DNA from: a virus
Lineage: Duplodnaviria > Caudoviricetes
IMG/VR virus record: IMGVR_UViG_3300020042_008720
Span: 1 to 26,996 of that record
Direction: 5' to 3' (one strand)
DNA: 26,996 nt
Below the pieces are notes generated by a model, which worked only from the letters and a program-made list of their open reading frames with translations, did not search any database and was not told the origin of the DNA. The translations under genes and the position numbers were made by a program. Shown piece by piece: positions 1 through 9,122 of the stretch (its first letter is position 1; every line of letters starts with the position of its first letter).

Positions 1-1628
1 ACTATTAATCCGCTACTAACTAAAGTACAAGTAGAACATTGGTATTTGTCAGCTGTGTAGTGATCATAAACTACTGTTGTTGTTGTACTAGTAGTTGATG
101 TAGTTGTACTAGTTGTTGGTGGTTCCGTAGTAGTGCTAGTAGTTGTACTAGTTGTTGATGTAGTACTAGTCGTTGTTGGTGGAGCCGTTGTTGTACTAGT
201 AGTTGTACTAGTTGTTGGTGGTTCCGTAGTAGTGCTAGTAGTTGTACTAGTTGTTGATGTAGTACTAGTCGTTGTTGGTGGAGCCGTTGTTGTACTAGTA
301 GTTGTACTAGTTGTTGATGTAGTACTTGTAGTAGGCGCCGCGGTAGTTGTGGTACTTGTTGTACTAGTTGTCGTAGTAGTTGGAGGTGCCGTTGTTGTTG
401 TACTAGTTGTACTAGTGGTAGTAGTAGTCGTAGTAGGAACTGCTGTAGTTGTAGTGGTAGTTGTACTAGTAGTCGTAGTTGAAGGACCCGAATACGGAAT
501 CATAGCATCTTGATACTCCCTATCTGTAATAATGATTACTCCTTGAGAATACAATACATTTCCTACATGATTATTTTGAGTATATATAGTATTTGATAGA
601 TAATCTTTTGATGAATACACAACACTAAGTCCTCCTGGAATAGAAGATCCCATAGGTTCAGCTGTTATGCTAGCCGATATTTGTGATTGAGTATTATTAT
701 AGACCTCGATTCCCATCGCGCCAGGATTACTTGGACTAGGAATTCCAGCATTAGTTACTATATATTTTATAGCGTGAGTACCTGCAGTTAAGCTAATCGG
801 ATATATGTGCCAATATCTAAAATTAGTTCCATTACCATCTGGAATTCCTAGACTAACTGTTAGATTATTGTCTACATAAACAGATCCATAATTATCGCAA
901 CCAATTCCAAAATAATATGTACCAGCAGTTACAGTGATATTAAACTGTATAGCGAAGTCTCCAAAATAAGTTAACGATTTTGCTGACCAAAGACCAGAGT
1001 AGTTTAATCTTCCCGTTTGATTTGCGGTAACTGGATTAGTCCAAAAAGTGCCAGCATATGATCCTCCTGTATAAGCTGTGTTCCATTCTAATGATGTACC
1101 AGTTCCATTTATAGAATATCCAGAAGAATATAATCTTACTCCAGATGATCCGTATGCATCATTATTTGATGGTTGTGATCCTGTAGTATAGGTATCTATA
1201 ATATTACCATTGCCGTCATCAACTAATCTATATGTACTTCCTGAAAGTAAAAAAGAGTTTCTTGATATTTTTTCTCCAAATGATGTTCTAGGAATAGCGA
1301 ATATAGTTACACTAGAATTAGATTCTGTTGGAAAGTATCTATAGTCATTATCAAAAGTTCCTTTAGCCGCAGTAGATTGTAATGAATCATTCCAATAACT
1401 TGCACTAGTTAACAATGATCCAGTTACATATTCATTATAGTATAGTTGTTGTACTAATTTATAATTAAGGAATTGACTACCGCTATCTTTAAATGTAGCA
1501 TTTATTCCTTTGTTCACAGTTATTCCATAATTGGAAAGAGATTCGCTTAGGTAAGTAGTCGGATACTTTACTTTTATAGGAATAGTAGAAACGTCTGCCC
1601 TATCAAGTGTGTTTATTGATAATCCCAT
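1..1628 (-). CDS. Virion fibre/baseplate-associated protein with PA14-like domain and Thr-rich stalk (3' end runs off the window; not in ORF track)
   Basis: Hand translation from ATG at 1628 (MGLSINTLDRADVSTIPIKVKY...) stays open to position 1. Contains LVDDGNGNI, YYFGIGCDNYGSVYVDNN...ISLTAGTHAIKY, HVGNVLYSQGVIIIT, then TTTTSTTSTTTTAPP-type repeats and ...DKYQCSTC. Co-oriented with the baseplate genes. Confidence 0.85.
   Translation of the reverse strand, partial: MGLSINTLDRADVSTIPIKVKYPTTYLSESLSNYGITVNKGINATFKDSGSQFLNYKLVQQLYYNEYVTGSLLTSASYWNDSLQSTAAKGTFDNDYRYFPTESNSSVTIFAIPRTSFGEKISRNSFLLSGSTYRLVDDGNGNIIDTYTTGSQPSNNDAYGSSGVRLYSSGYSINGTGTSLEWNTAYTGGSYAGTFWTNPVTANQTGRLNYSGLWSAKSLTYFGDFAIQFNITVTAGTYYFGIGCDNYGSVYVDNNLTVSLGIPDGNGTNFRYWHIYPISLTAGTHAIKYIVTNAGIPSPSNPGAMGIEVYNNTQSQISASITAEPMGSSIPGGLSVVYSSKDYLSNTIYTQNNHVGNVLYSQGVIIITDREYQDAMIPYSGPSTTTTSTTTTTTTAVPTTTTTTTSTTSTTTTAPPTTTTTSTTSTTTTAAPTTSTTSTTSTTTSTTTAPPTTTSTTSTTSTTTSTTTEPPTTSTTTSTTTAPPTTTSTTSTTSTTTSTTTEPPTTSTTTSTTSTTTTVVYDHYTADKYQCSTCTLVSSGLI
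73..483 (-). repeat. Low-complexity Thr/Ser/Pro coding repeat including an exact 99-bp tandem duplication
   Basis: Runs of ACT/ACA/AGT codons on the - strand; 100-217 is identical to 199-316 (period 99 bp = 33 codons). Confidence 0.9.
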
Positions 1629-1651
1629 TTAAAAACTGTTGCGGTAAATTA

Positions 1652-2686
1652 CTACCAGTCTAATTTAACTCTAATAAGTGCTTCTTTCGTAAAATCTTTT
1701 ATGAGAGGTTTAGACATCTTAGCTACAGCTAATAATTCATTATTGCTATTATACATACCAACAGTAGTTGGGAATGTTTGTGGGCTATTTATGAAATTAG
1801 AATATATAAGAGTACCTGAACCAGATATAAAAGATGGATTCGTTGTATAATTATACTCAGAGTTTTTAATTCTTACAAATATGTAATTTGAAGATATAGT
1901 TTCTTGTGAGTTTAATTGAAAATATGCACCTTTGTTTATAGCTTGAAATATAGCTTGAAAATTTGCTGATGATGCAAATACAGTATTAGCAGTACTTAAT
2001 GTAATTCCAAGTCCTCCGTTTGCAACTGATAATCCTAATGCCTTTGGATTAAGTAAAATCAATCCCATATCAGGAAGCATTAATCCATAACTACCAGAAG
2101 GAGTGAATCCCCTAGTAGTTGCTCCAGTTAAAAGTGGACTATTTGCAGCTGTTCCATTAGAACCTGATACTATATTATAAACTCTGCCACCATCTACATA
2201 AGAAATAATAGTAACATCGTTAGAGTCATCAGTTAATTTTAATATAGAGCTTGCAGAACTTGATAAGTGTAAGTTTACTGTTCCTGGGAAAAGACTTTCT
2301 TTATATCTATTTCTATCAATTGGGATAGCAATAAGATCAATTGAAGAAGTGTTTCCAGATCCAAAGTTTACAGCACTTTCAGCATCTCCATATATTAAGT
2401 TTCTATATTGCCCAAAGTTAATTCTTGTAGGACTATTTTGTGGAACTAGAGTATTCAATAGAGCAGAACCAGATCCTAAAGAATGTCCGTATGCAAGAGA
2501 AAACTGTATAGAAGCAGATGGAGAATTTATTGGTCCATCATATACATCTATAAAATAACTTCCTGTTGATGCAGCAGAAGCAGTATAAAATGAAGAGAGA
2601 ACAGTTACATTATTACTCCAAGCAGGAGCAGTAACTGAATCTGCTGATACTACAAAATCTGTTGGATCTAATTTCGTGAATGACAT
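1652..2686 (-). CDS. Virion structural protein (baseplate/tail-fibre attachment)
   Basis: C-terminal TTVGMYNSNNELLAVAKMSKPLIK resembles the IREVGLFDxxGxLIAV motif of P2 gpH-type fibre N-terminal domains; Ser/Gly/Thr-rich; within the baseplate cluster. Confidence 0.65.
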   Translation of the reverse strand: MSFTKLDPTDFVVSADSVTAPAWSNNVTVLSSFYTASAASTGSYFIDVYDGPINSPSASIQFSLAYGHSLGSGSALLNTLVPQNSPTRINFGQYRNLIYGDAESAVNFGSGNTSSIDLIAIPIDRNRYKESLFPGTVNLHLSSSASSILKLTDDSNDVTIISYVDGGRVYNIVSGSNGTAANSPLLTGATTRGFTPSGSYGLMLPDMGLILLNPKALGLSVANGGLGITLSTANTVFASSANFQAIFQAINKGAYFQLNSQETISSNYIFVRIKNSEYNYTTNPSFISGSGTLIYSNFINSPQTFPTTVGMYNSNNELLAVAKMSKPLIKDFTKEALIRVKLDW

Positions 2687-2700
2687 ATATTAATTTATTA

Positions 2701-3357
2701 TTAGTTAACTTTTATAATAGTTACAGGGATACTTATTCTAGCGCCGGAATCACGACCAACTACTACCAATGTAGTATACAATGCTGTATTAGCTCCAAAT
2801 AAAGTATTGATAGTTGTTGCAGTAATATTAATTGTGGTTCCTATTACAGTCTTACTTACGTTAGTTCCAATAGTTGTAGTAGAATTCAAGCTAGTTGCTT
2901 CTGGAGTATTAATACCTACACCGTTAAAAGAGCTCATTGTTCTAACATCTCCTATAGTAGCAACATATCCAGATTGCTCAAATGTTGAATTTGCTCCTAA
3001 GTAGTTAAGTGTTTGAGGAGTTATAGAAAGAGAAGATCCTTGACGTATATTGATATTACTATATCCAAGATCAAGAACAGGTATTTTTGCTGTTCCTCTA
3101 GGAAGAGTTATCAATTTATATTTCATGATCTCTACATCATTAGGATAGGCTTGAAGTATTGGCATAGCTTCAATTGCTTCACCGTAGAAAGCAGATCCAG
3201 ATGGATGGAATGGATTATATAGAGTGTAGTCTATCTCGTCATCAGATAAAGAAAATTGGCTAATTCTAAATGAGCCATCATTTCTGGATAAGAGTTCTCT
3301 TCCTTTTTTAGTAAGAATAGCGTCTACTACTACTGATGAATTGCTTAAATATGACAT
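2701..3357 (-). CDS. Virion structural protein (baseplate/tail-fibre attachment)
   Basis: N-terminal AILTKKGRELLS...ISQFSLSD resembles the LLTxxGxxxLA...ITxMAxGD start of P2 gpH-type domains; beta-rich C-terminus. Confidence 0.6.
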   Translation of the reverse strand: MSYLSNSSVVVDAILTKKGRELLSRNDGSFRISQFSLSDDEIDYTLYNPFHPSGSAFYGEAIEAMPILQAYPNDVEIMKYKLITLPRGTAKIPVLDLGYSNINIRQGSSLSITPQTLNYLGANSTFEQSGYVATIGDVRTMSSFNGVGINTPEATSLNSTTTIGTNVSKTVIGTTINITATTINTLFGANTALYTTLVVVGRDSGARISIPVTIIKVN

Positions 3358-3374
3358 ATAAATTGGGCTTTTAA

Positions 3375-3382
3375 ATAAATAT
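3375..3382 (-). promoter_or_regulatory. ATATTTAT candidate phage promoter
   Basis: Motif in intergenic gap, 17 nt upstream of ATG 3357; recurs before six other starts. Confidence 0.55.
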
Positions 3383-3405
3383 ACTCGATTTTTGTTTTGT
3401 TTACT

Positions 3406-6400
3406 CTATTCAAAAATTAGTATATTTGAATTTGGATCTATTAAGTTTTGCTGTTTTAATGCTTTTATAGTATTACCTGCATTTGCCTGTACAAGTGGAT
3501 CTATATATTGAGGGAATAGTAATCCATTTTCAAGTATGTTAGAATCTTTTGGATTATATCTAAGCATAATATTTGTTTCATCTGGTACATGTTTAAATAC
3601 AATATATCTGCAAGCTTTCCATGGTGCTTTAGAAAAACTATCTATAGGAATAATAGATGACGAGTTAAATAATGCTAGATTTACAGGCCTATCTAATTCA
3701 GTATATATTCTTGATCCGCTAATACCTGATCCTGTAAATATAACATTTTTAATTGTATATTCAAATCTTTCATCCCAAGCAAGATTAGAAAAAGAATCAT
3801 AAAAAGATATTCTATCTCCTACATTTAAAGTAAAAGGAAGTATAGTTGGTTGTAAACCTGATACACCCCAATAAGGATCTGAAGTTGATTGATATGTTAT
3901 TCCATTAGAGTAATAATATGCTAATTCTGAATTGAACACTAATTGATTTGACTCACTGATAATATATAAACACGGTTGTGAACTTGTTATAAAAGAGGTA
4001 TAGTACGTAGAAGTAGAGGATCCTCCACCGGCACTTGCTCCTGAGGTGCTAAATCCAGTTATTGTAACTGGACAATTCGGCACTCCACTAGGCCAATGAT
4101 CAGGCGCAACATAATATGGACTTAATGGATGAGCACTATATCCATTACCATTTCCTGATGGACTAAGAGAATTTAATAGGCTATAAGGATCTGCAACAAT
4201 TGTAATTCCACTACCTGAGCCAGATGCTACTAGGATACTTATATTACTTGGACCCCCTACACAGTTCGCATATGTAAAAATATCTAAATTAGTAACGACA
4301 TTGATAGTAACATTGTACGGAGGTAATAAAATGCCTCCTATATATGAAGCGGATACATAAATTCTATAATCACTAGTTCCTCCGTATGCTTGCTCATTTG
4401 ACCACAAACTAACAATCCAGTCACCCGGTTGAACCCAAGGATCATCTTCTTGTGGAATTACGCCTCCGCCTCCAACATTAGCAGTCGAAGTAAATTCTAT
4501 AGGATTAGATAGTTCATATGTTTGGTATGTTTGAGATCCACTAAGATTATGTAAGATTGGAAGATATCTAAAACCCCCTTCAAATATCTCTAAAGTTGGA
4601 TTATTAACTAACTGTTGAGTATAAGGATTATTTTCATTATAATTAAATAAAGATATGTTTGTTGTTTCACCTGATTTAAATATATTTTGAACAGAGAATA
4701 TATTGTTGTTTGCTTTAGTTAAATCAAGTACATCTTGGCTATCTTGTATTATATATTTTATTTGTGCGTTAGATCTATTCGGTAGATATGCTGAAGCAGA
4801 ATAGATATCAATTAGGTACGCATATTGATATTTTATTTTATCTATTGCAGCAGTCTTACCATATGAATCATCTCCGTTAGTATAGTATGTATATTTAGCA
4901 CTTACGTTTTGTGATCCAGAGTATCTAGGTATTATAGACCTTTTTAAATTGTAGTTATAATCTTGTACATATGCATATGCACTATTTGGATTATTAACAG
5001 TATCGTAATTATTTACTAGTGAATCGTTTATAGATTTAGTAATAACTCCAATATTAACAGGTGTTGTTTGATTTGAACTATAATCTAAATCCCATAATAT
5101 ATTAGATCTTACTGATTGCGTTACGTTTTGATATAAAGCTCCTAGATTTACTTTAATATATTCAGATCCTGATCCTGGAAGATTAGAAGATTCTCTTTGG
5201 TCAAAAGCGCTTCCATTAGTTACTTCTATTTGAGAACCACTAAGTTCACCAGTATATTTCTCTATTCCATTAGAACTAGAGACCACAATAGATCCAGATA
5301 GGCAAGTAATAAATCCAGACCAAGCAGTTGAATAATTTAAAGAACCTCCACCAGACCCAGAGATATTAATCATATCTATAGACTGTGAATAGTCTTGGAA
5401 ACTCATGCTAGGTTCATATCTAGCGTACTTGTTTCTCTCTAACATATGTGACTTAACTATAATACCTGTAGATAGATTTGCTCTAGCAGGTACATAATCT
5501 TTTATCATTTTAAATAGTGAATTATTATAAAACTTTAAAAGTCTTATATATTCCCAAACACTATTAGGTTGAGTATAGCTAGAGAAGTAAGAGTTACTAG
5601 CACTTACTAAAGGCGTGTAAGATTCAGAATACATATATCCAGGAGATCCTATCAATTGATTTATGTCAAAAAATCCTAATGAGGAAGATATATTGTTATT
5701 TATAGTATTTGCTGGGGAGAATCCGACTTCAACATCTGTTGAATTTATTCTGTTTGTATTTTGATAGTACTGTAGAGAGACATAAGGGGATAACAAACTA
5801 GAGGATATAGTTAAACTACTAGTTACATTTCCGTTTGATCCTGTTACAATTGCTATTTTATAATCTGATGAATCAAGATCATATATACCATCTAATGAAT
5901 TAATAGGAGCTCCACCAAATTCTTTAACATCTAGTATTTCCTCAGGTATACCAAAAGTACTTATGAGAGCTTTTATTCCTCTTTGAGTTCCTTTTGTTTT
6001 AAGTAGATAAGGTAGATTATGATAAAGCCTTTTATATAATTCTTGTTGAATTGTTTTTGCAGGAAGCGTAGCTAAACTTGAAGTAACATACTTTCCACCT
6101 ATAGTAGTTATTTTTTCTGAGCCTGTTGGAGGAAGTAAGCTGCCATCCTGATTGATTCCAAACAGCGTGTAATAGAGGTTATCTGATACATTTGAGTTTG
6201 TATATAACTGAGTTCCAAGGCCTTTCAGCGCGTCTGAAACCACGTCTATTGATATCCCAGTATCAGGATTATTGGTAGCATTATATCTATTAGATAGATC
6301 TTTATAGTATAGCCAAATATTATCAAAGTGCTGTCCTATCATGTCAAGGAAAGTCACAAAAGGCTGGTTACTTGGATCGTCTAATAAATACTGAGGTATA

Positions 6401-7668
6401 GAATTATGAAGTAAATCTTTATTAGTTGAGTCATAGTACGACGCACTAAATAGTAAAGACTGCGTAGTTGCAGTAGGTATACTATTTACACCACCTAAAA
6501 AGTTAAGGGCCTGAGAAGATGTTGTTCCATACAATTGGTATGGTTGGATTGATGTTGCTTTTGGCCATGCCCAACTTGAAGATTGAAAATACAAAAAGTA
6601 TTCGTATGTATCAAACTTTTCTATAATATTATTTATTGCCTGTCTAGTATAACTTATAGAAGATGATGCAATAAGTGTATTAGCGGTTCCACCAGTTACT
6701 AATGACTGACTATATTCTTGTTCAGTATAATCTTCTATTAGTTGAAGCTTATAAACAAAATTACTGACCCTCTCTACTGCACTAGACCAATGTATAAAGT
6801 TGTAAAAGTTAGAATAATCAACATTAATAGCAACTGATCTATCTTGATAATAGCTTAATAACTTTTGAAATGATGAAGTTACGGGGCTACTTAATAAGCT
6901 ATTATAAGAGTAGTAGGGAGTTGTTTGTCCGTTCTTATCATTTATTCTAACATTAAAATTTGGACCTCTAAGTCTATTAAGTTGTTGAGTTACTTCTGAT
7001 TCAATTTGAATAGTAACATTAAAACTAACAGACTCTGCAACTTTATCAACTATCCATAGTTGACTTTTAATATCAAAATCTGCTGGTAGTGGTTGATATA
7101 ATTTGATAACTAAATAAGCACCATTGGCATCTTCTGTATAAGCTACATTATTTGCAGATATTACATTGTTATTACCAAAGTTAAGATAAAATACTGGATA
7201 ATAATTTTTAGTCGCTATGTATCCTTGGTACTGATTAAAACCACTTTTTATATCAGTAGAACTAAGTACTTGTGATGCAAGTTTTATTTCTGTTCTTGAT
7301 GTTGATATTTCTTTAATCCAATAAAATACTCCGTATTTAGAATTAAATAGCTTCTTATAAAAGTTGTATTGTGCAGTTAAATCTCCTCTATTGTATCCTC
7401 TGTTTCTAAGATCTGTTTCAGGATCTAGTACTAAAGAAGAGTACTTATTATTTTTAGGATTGGCAGTTAAATACGGATAGTAATCAAAAGCGTCGTAATC
7501 AGATTCTAGTAACGTACTATTTTCATCATATATATAAAGCTCCAAATAGTCTTCTGCAGCACCAAATTGGGTATTTATATAATTAGAAGTAACTAACGGC
7601 TTATCTATAATAGATAAATCCACTGGTTGCATTCCCTCACCGCTATATGTAACGTTAACTAATTCCAT
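3406..7668 (-). CDS. Large baseplate wedge protein (P2 gpI / T4 gp7-like)
   Basis: 1420 aa; LYHNLPYLLKTKGTQRGIKALISTFG matches the KGTxxxI motif of gpI/gp7-type wedge proteins; downstream of the gp6-like gene. Confidence 0.7.
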   Translation of the reverse strand: MELVNVTYSGEGMQPVDLSIIDKPLVTSNYINTQFGAAEDYLELYIYDENSTLLESDYDAFDYYPYLTANPKNNKYSSLVLDPETDLRNRGYNRGDLTAQYNFYKKLFNSKYGVFYWIKEISTSRTEIKLASQVLSSTDIKSGFNQYQGYIATKNYYPVFYLNFGNNNVISANNVAYTEDANGAYLVIKLYQPLPADFDIKSQLWIVDKVAESVSFNVTIQIESEVTQQLNRLRGPNFNVRINDKNGQTTPYYSYNSLLSSPVTSSFQKLLSYYQDRSVAINVDYSNFYNFIHWSSAVERVSNFVYKLQLIEDYTEQEYSQSLVTGGTANTLIASSSISYTRQAINNIIEKFDTYEYFLYFQSSSWAWPKATSIQPYQLYGTTSSQALNFLGGVNSIPTATTQSLLFSASYYDSTNKDLLHNSIPQYLLDDPSNQPFVTFLDMIGQHFDNIWLYYKDLSNRYNATNNPDTGISIDVVSDALKGLGTQLYTNSNVSDNLYYTLFGINQDGSLLPPTGSEKITTIGGKYVTSSLATLPAKTIQQELYKRLYHNLPYLLKTKGTQRGIKALISTFGIPEEILDVKEFGGAPINSLDGIYDLDSSDYKIAIVTGSNGNVTSSLTISSSLLSPYVSLQYYQNTNRINSTDVEVGFSPANTINNNISSSLGFFDINQLIGSPGYMYSESYTPLVSASNSYFSSYTQPNSVWEYIRLLKFYNNSLFKMIKDYVPARANLSTGIIVKSHMLERNKYARYEPSMSFQDYSQSIDMINISGSGGGSLNYSTAWSGFITCLSGSIVVSSSNGIEKYTGELSGSQIEVTNGSAFDQRESSNLPGSGSEYIKVNLGALYQNVTQSVRSNILWDLDYSSNQTTPVNIGVITKSINDSLVNNYDTVNNPNSAYAYVQDYNYNLKRSIIPRYSGSQNVSAKYTYYTNGDDSYGKTAAIDKIKYQYAYLIDIYSASAYLPNRSNAQIKYIIQDSQDVLDLTKANNNIFSVQNIFKSGETTNISLFNYNENNPYTQQLVNNPTLEIFEGGFRYLPILHNLSGSQTYQTYELSNPIEFTSTANVGGGGVIPQEDDPWVQPGDWIVSLWSNEQAYGGTSDYRIYVSASYIGGILLPPYNVTINVVTNLDIFTYANCVGGPSNISILVASGSGSGITIVADPYSLLNSLSPSGNGNGYSAHPLSPYYVAPDHWPSGVPNCPVTITGFSTSGASAGGGSSTSTYYTSFITSSQPCLYIISESNQLVFNSELAYYYSNGITYQSTSDPYWGVSGLQPTILPFTLNVGDRISFYDSFSNLAWDERFEYTIKNVIFTGSGISGSRIYTELDRPVNLALFNSSSIIPIDSFSKAPWKACRYIVFKHVPDETNIMLRYNPKDSNILENGLLFPQYIDPLVQANAGNTIKALKQQNLIDPNSNILIFE

Positions 7669-8006
7669 TATATTATATCATTAATGTTTGTAAATGTCTG
7701 ATTAAGATCTAATAACTGTTGACGAAGAGAGTTAATCTCTTCAATCAATGCCTGTTTTTCAGCATCTATTACAGATCCTCCAATGTATTGTTGGCTTCTT
7801 TCTACTAAATAAACATGAGAATTAATTGTTCCATCCACCGGGATATCAAAAAATAATTGATCATAATATTCAAAGAAATCATCTACAGTTACAATACTAG
7901 CAGTAGTTTCAGCTTGTGGTTTAATTAACTCGCTAAACTTAACACTAACTGCTTTTGTATATGTATTAACACCATAAACTTCTTTTACTAAATCAACATT
8001 AGCCAT
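7668..8006 (-). CDS. Hypothetical virion-associated protein with C-terminal coiled coil
   Basis: 112 aa ORF, TAATG-coupled on both sides; ALIEEINSLRQQLLDL heptads. Confidence 0.75.
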   Translation of the reverse strand: MANVDLVKEVYGVNTYTKAVSVKFSELIKPQAETTASIVTVDDFFEYYDQLFFDIPVDGTINSHVYLVERSQQYIGGSVIDAEKQALIEEINSLRQQLLDLNQTFTNINDII

Positions 8007-9112
8007 TATTGAACTAATTTAAATATTAAGTTATTATCTACCTCGTATATTTCACCATTAGATAGTATAGTCTTTATTAAGATCTTATAATACCTTTCTG
8101 GTTCTAAACCATTCATATATATGTTAAAATAGCTATTAGTACCATCACAACTTATCTTAGTATAATTTGTGTCAAAGTCTACTACAATATCATTTGTTTT
8201 TACATCTTGCAAAGACCAATAAGAAGCTTGTGGAAGCGCTTTATTAGTTGTATACAAAGATGATGTTGTGAATACTCTAGCAGGATATGTATCTCTTGAG
8301 TTGATTAAGAACTTATATTTAGTAGTACCATACTTAAAAGATTCTAAATTATTTGCTAATGTAATAACACTATTACTATTTCCTAATACACTCAAACTAC
8401 CAGTAATATATGAACTATCATCCCACTTTATTTCTAACGTTGGAGGATAAATTGTGTGAGTATCTACAGAAAAAAAGCTTAAGGCTATATAGCTTCCTGA
8501 ATTTTGTTCTATATAATCTGGATGCTTTACTATAAATCCATAATTTCCTCTGGATCCACTAAACCAAGTATCTGCAATTTGACTAACATCTACATTTATA
8601 TCTTTACTGTCTCTGTATCCAAAAGATTGAGTAGTAGATAAATTAGTCCAAGAACCACCACCATTTGTTAAATAATAAGATCCGTTTCCCCAATTACTTG
8701 CAGAAGAAAAATATGCAATACTATTATACCAGCAAACACCGTTTCTTGTTGGAGGAGAATCAGCTAATTTACCTGTTCCCATTTGCCATGATTGAGATAC
8801 TTGCCTAACTTCTAAGCTATACGAAGTATTTAAGTTTTCAGCATTAGCTAAGTATAATCTAAGATTAGTTTTCCAAGATCCTGTTGTATATGTTTTTAGT
8901 GTTGCAATATCTGAATCTGAAAATAATAATAAAGATCTTCTTAAATCATCAGATAATATTCCTTGAACAGGAATAGGATCTACAAAATAGTTTAGAGGCG
9001 TATTACTATTTTTAACAGAGACTTCTAGTATTTCATCTAAGCCTGTATTTAATGCAGGATCACTAGAATATAAACCAGCATCAGCAGAAGCAAATATTTT
9101 ATATACGGCCAT
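8006..9112 (-). CDS. Virion structural protein, DNRLRE-like beta-sandwich domain
   Basis: Pattern DAxLYS..P..NTG...RSLLLF...LRLY...W..G...W...NYGF...F.S......P.LEI typical of DNRLRE-type modules; baseplate context. Confidence 0.55.
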   Translation of the reverse strand: MAVYKIFASADAGLYSSDPALNTGLDEILEVSVKNSNTPLNYFVDPIPVQGILSDDLRRSLLLFSDSDIATLKTYTTGSWKTNLRLYLANAENLNTSYSLEVRQVSQSWQMGTGKLADSPPTRNGVCWYNSIAYFSSASNWGNGSYYLTNGGGSWTNLSTTQSFGYRDSKDINVDVSQIADTWFSGSRGNYGFIVKHPDYIEQNSGSYIALSFFSVDTHTIYPPTLEIKWDDSSYITGSLSVLGNSNSVITLANNLESFKYGTTKYKFLINSRDTYPARVFTTSSLYTTNKALPQASYWSLQDVKTNDIVVDFDTNYTKISCDGTNSYFNIYMNGLEPERYYKILIKTILSNGEIYEVDNNLIFKLVQ

Positions 9113-9122
9113 TTTTCTTTTT

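Noticed and set aside
73-483. Possible CRISPR array or DGR repeat
   Set aside because: Repeats are in-frame low-complexity codons with no unique spacers; no cas or reverse transcriptase gene in the window.
133-513. 126-aa poly-Val ORF on the + strand
   Set aside because: Antisense shadow of the Thr-codon repeat in the real - strand gene.
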